Shown here: positions 63,620 through 64,000 of the stretch, one piece after another
How the letters are laid out: every line of letters starts with the position of its first letter
How positions within the stretch are numbered: the stretch's first letter is position 1
Assembly: GCF_006345805.1 (NCBI RefSeq)
Contig: NC_043019.1
Location: forward strand, 12,647,360 to 12,711,359
Length of the DNA: 64,000 bases
From: Octopus sinensis
Lineage: Eukaryota
Direction: 5' to 3'
Notes under the pieces: model-generated
Seen by the model: the letters and a program-made list of their open reading frames with translations, nothing else
The model's database searches: none
Told to the model about the DNA's origin: nothing
Made by a program: the position numbers and the translations under genes

Positions 63620-64000
63620 GATTAAGAGGAATAAAAAAATAAAACGGGGAGAGAATGAAAAGATAAAAACGCAGAGAAAAAAAAAATGTGTCGGGATAAG
63701 GGTTCAACATGATGAAATGGCCGGAAGAGAGAGGGCGATGTTGAAAAGTTCCTAGCTTTAAGGGAATCGGGAAAAGCCTGATTGGAGGCCCAAACTTCAA
63801 TGTTGTTAAATTAAAATGTTTTAATTTAACAACGTTGAAACATTTCAGTTTGTCGACATTGAAACTTATAATGATGTTTTTCTAATTTTACACTTTTACC
63901 ATTGATAAAGAAAAAAATATTGTTGAAACTAGTTTGGTATTATATGTAAATGTGGAGGCGCAATGGCCCAGTGGTTAGGGCAGCGGACTCGCGGTCATAG

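Overview
Eukaryotic, AT-rich, microsatellite- and retroposon-dense genomic DNA. The repeat families and composition point to an octopus or other cephalopod genome (inference). Two protein-coding genes lie on the minus strand. (1) A complete 14-exon FAF2/UBXD8 gene, CDS 44818->19350; I spliced it by hand to 1353 nt (450 aa + stop) with all GT-AG junctions and consistent phases. (2) The last three coding exons (TSP1 repeats + PLAC domain) of an ADAMTS/ADAMTS-like gene whose 5' part lies beyond the window. The rest is at least four tRNA-derived SINE families, 3' ends of RTE, CR1-like and RLE-type LINEs, Tc1/mariner fossils, piggyBac-like and Merlin-like MITEs, non-autonomous Helitrons, and many mini- and microsatellites. 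The most notable unannotated signal is a set of type I hammerhead ribozyme motifs. Two near-canonical copies face away from each other in the arms of a ~210-bp inverted repeat at 1.1-1.7 kb (Penelope pLTR-like), and variant or degenerate copies lie at 43.1, 50.1 and 63.6 kb. Also unusual: five spaced hairpins downstream of FAF2, and one SINE head carrying three different tails. Repeat boundaries are approximate; exon boundaries were read base by base.
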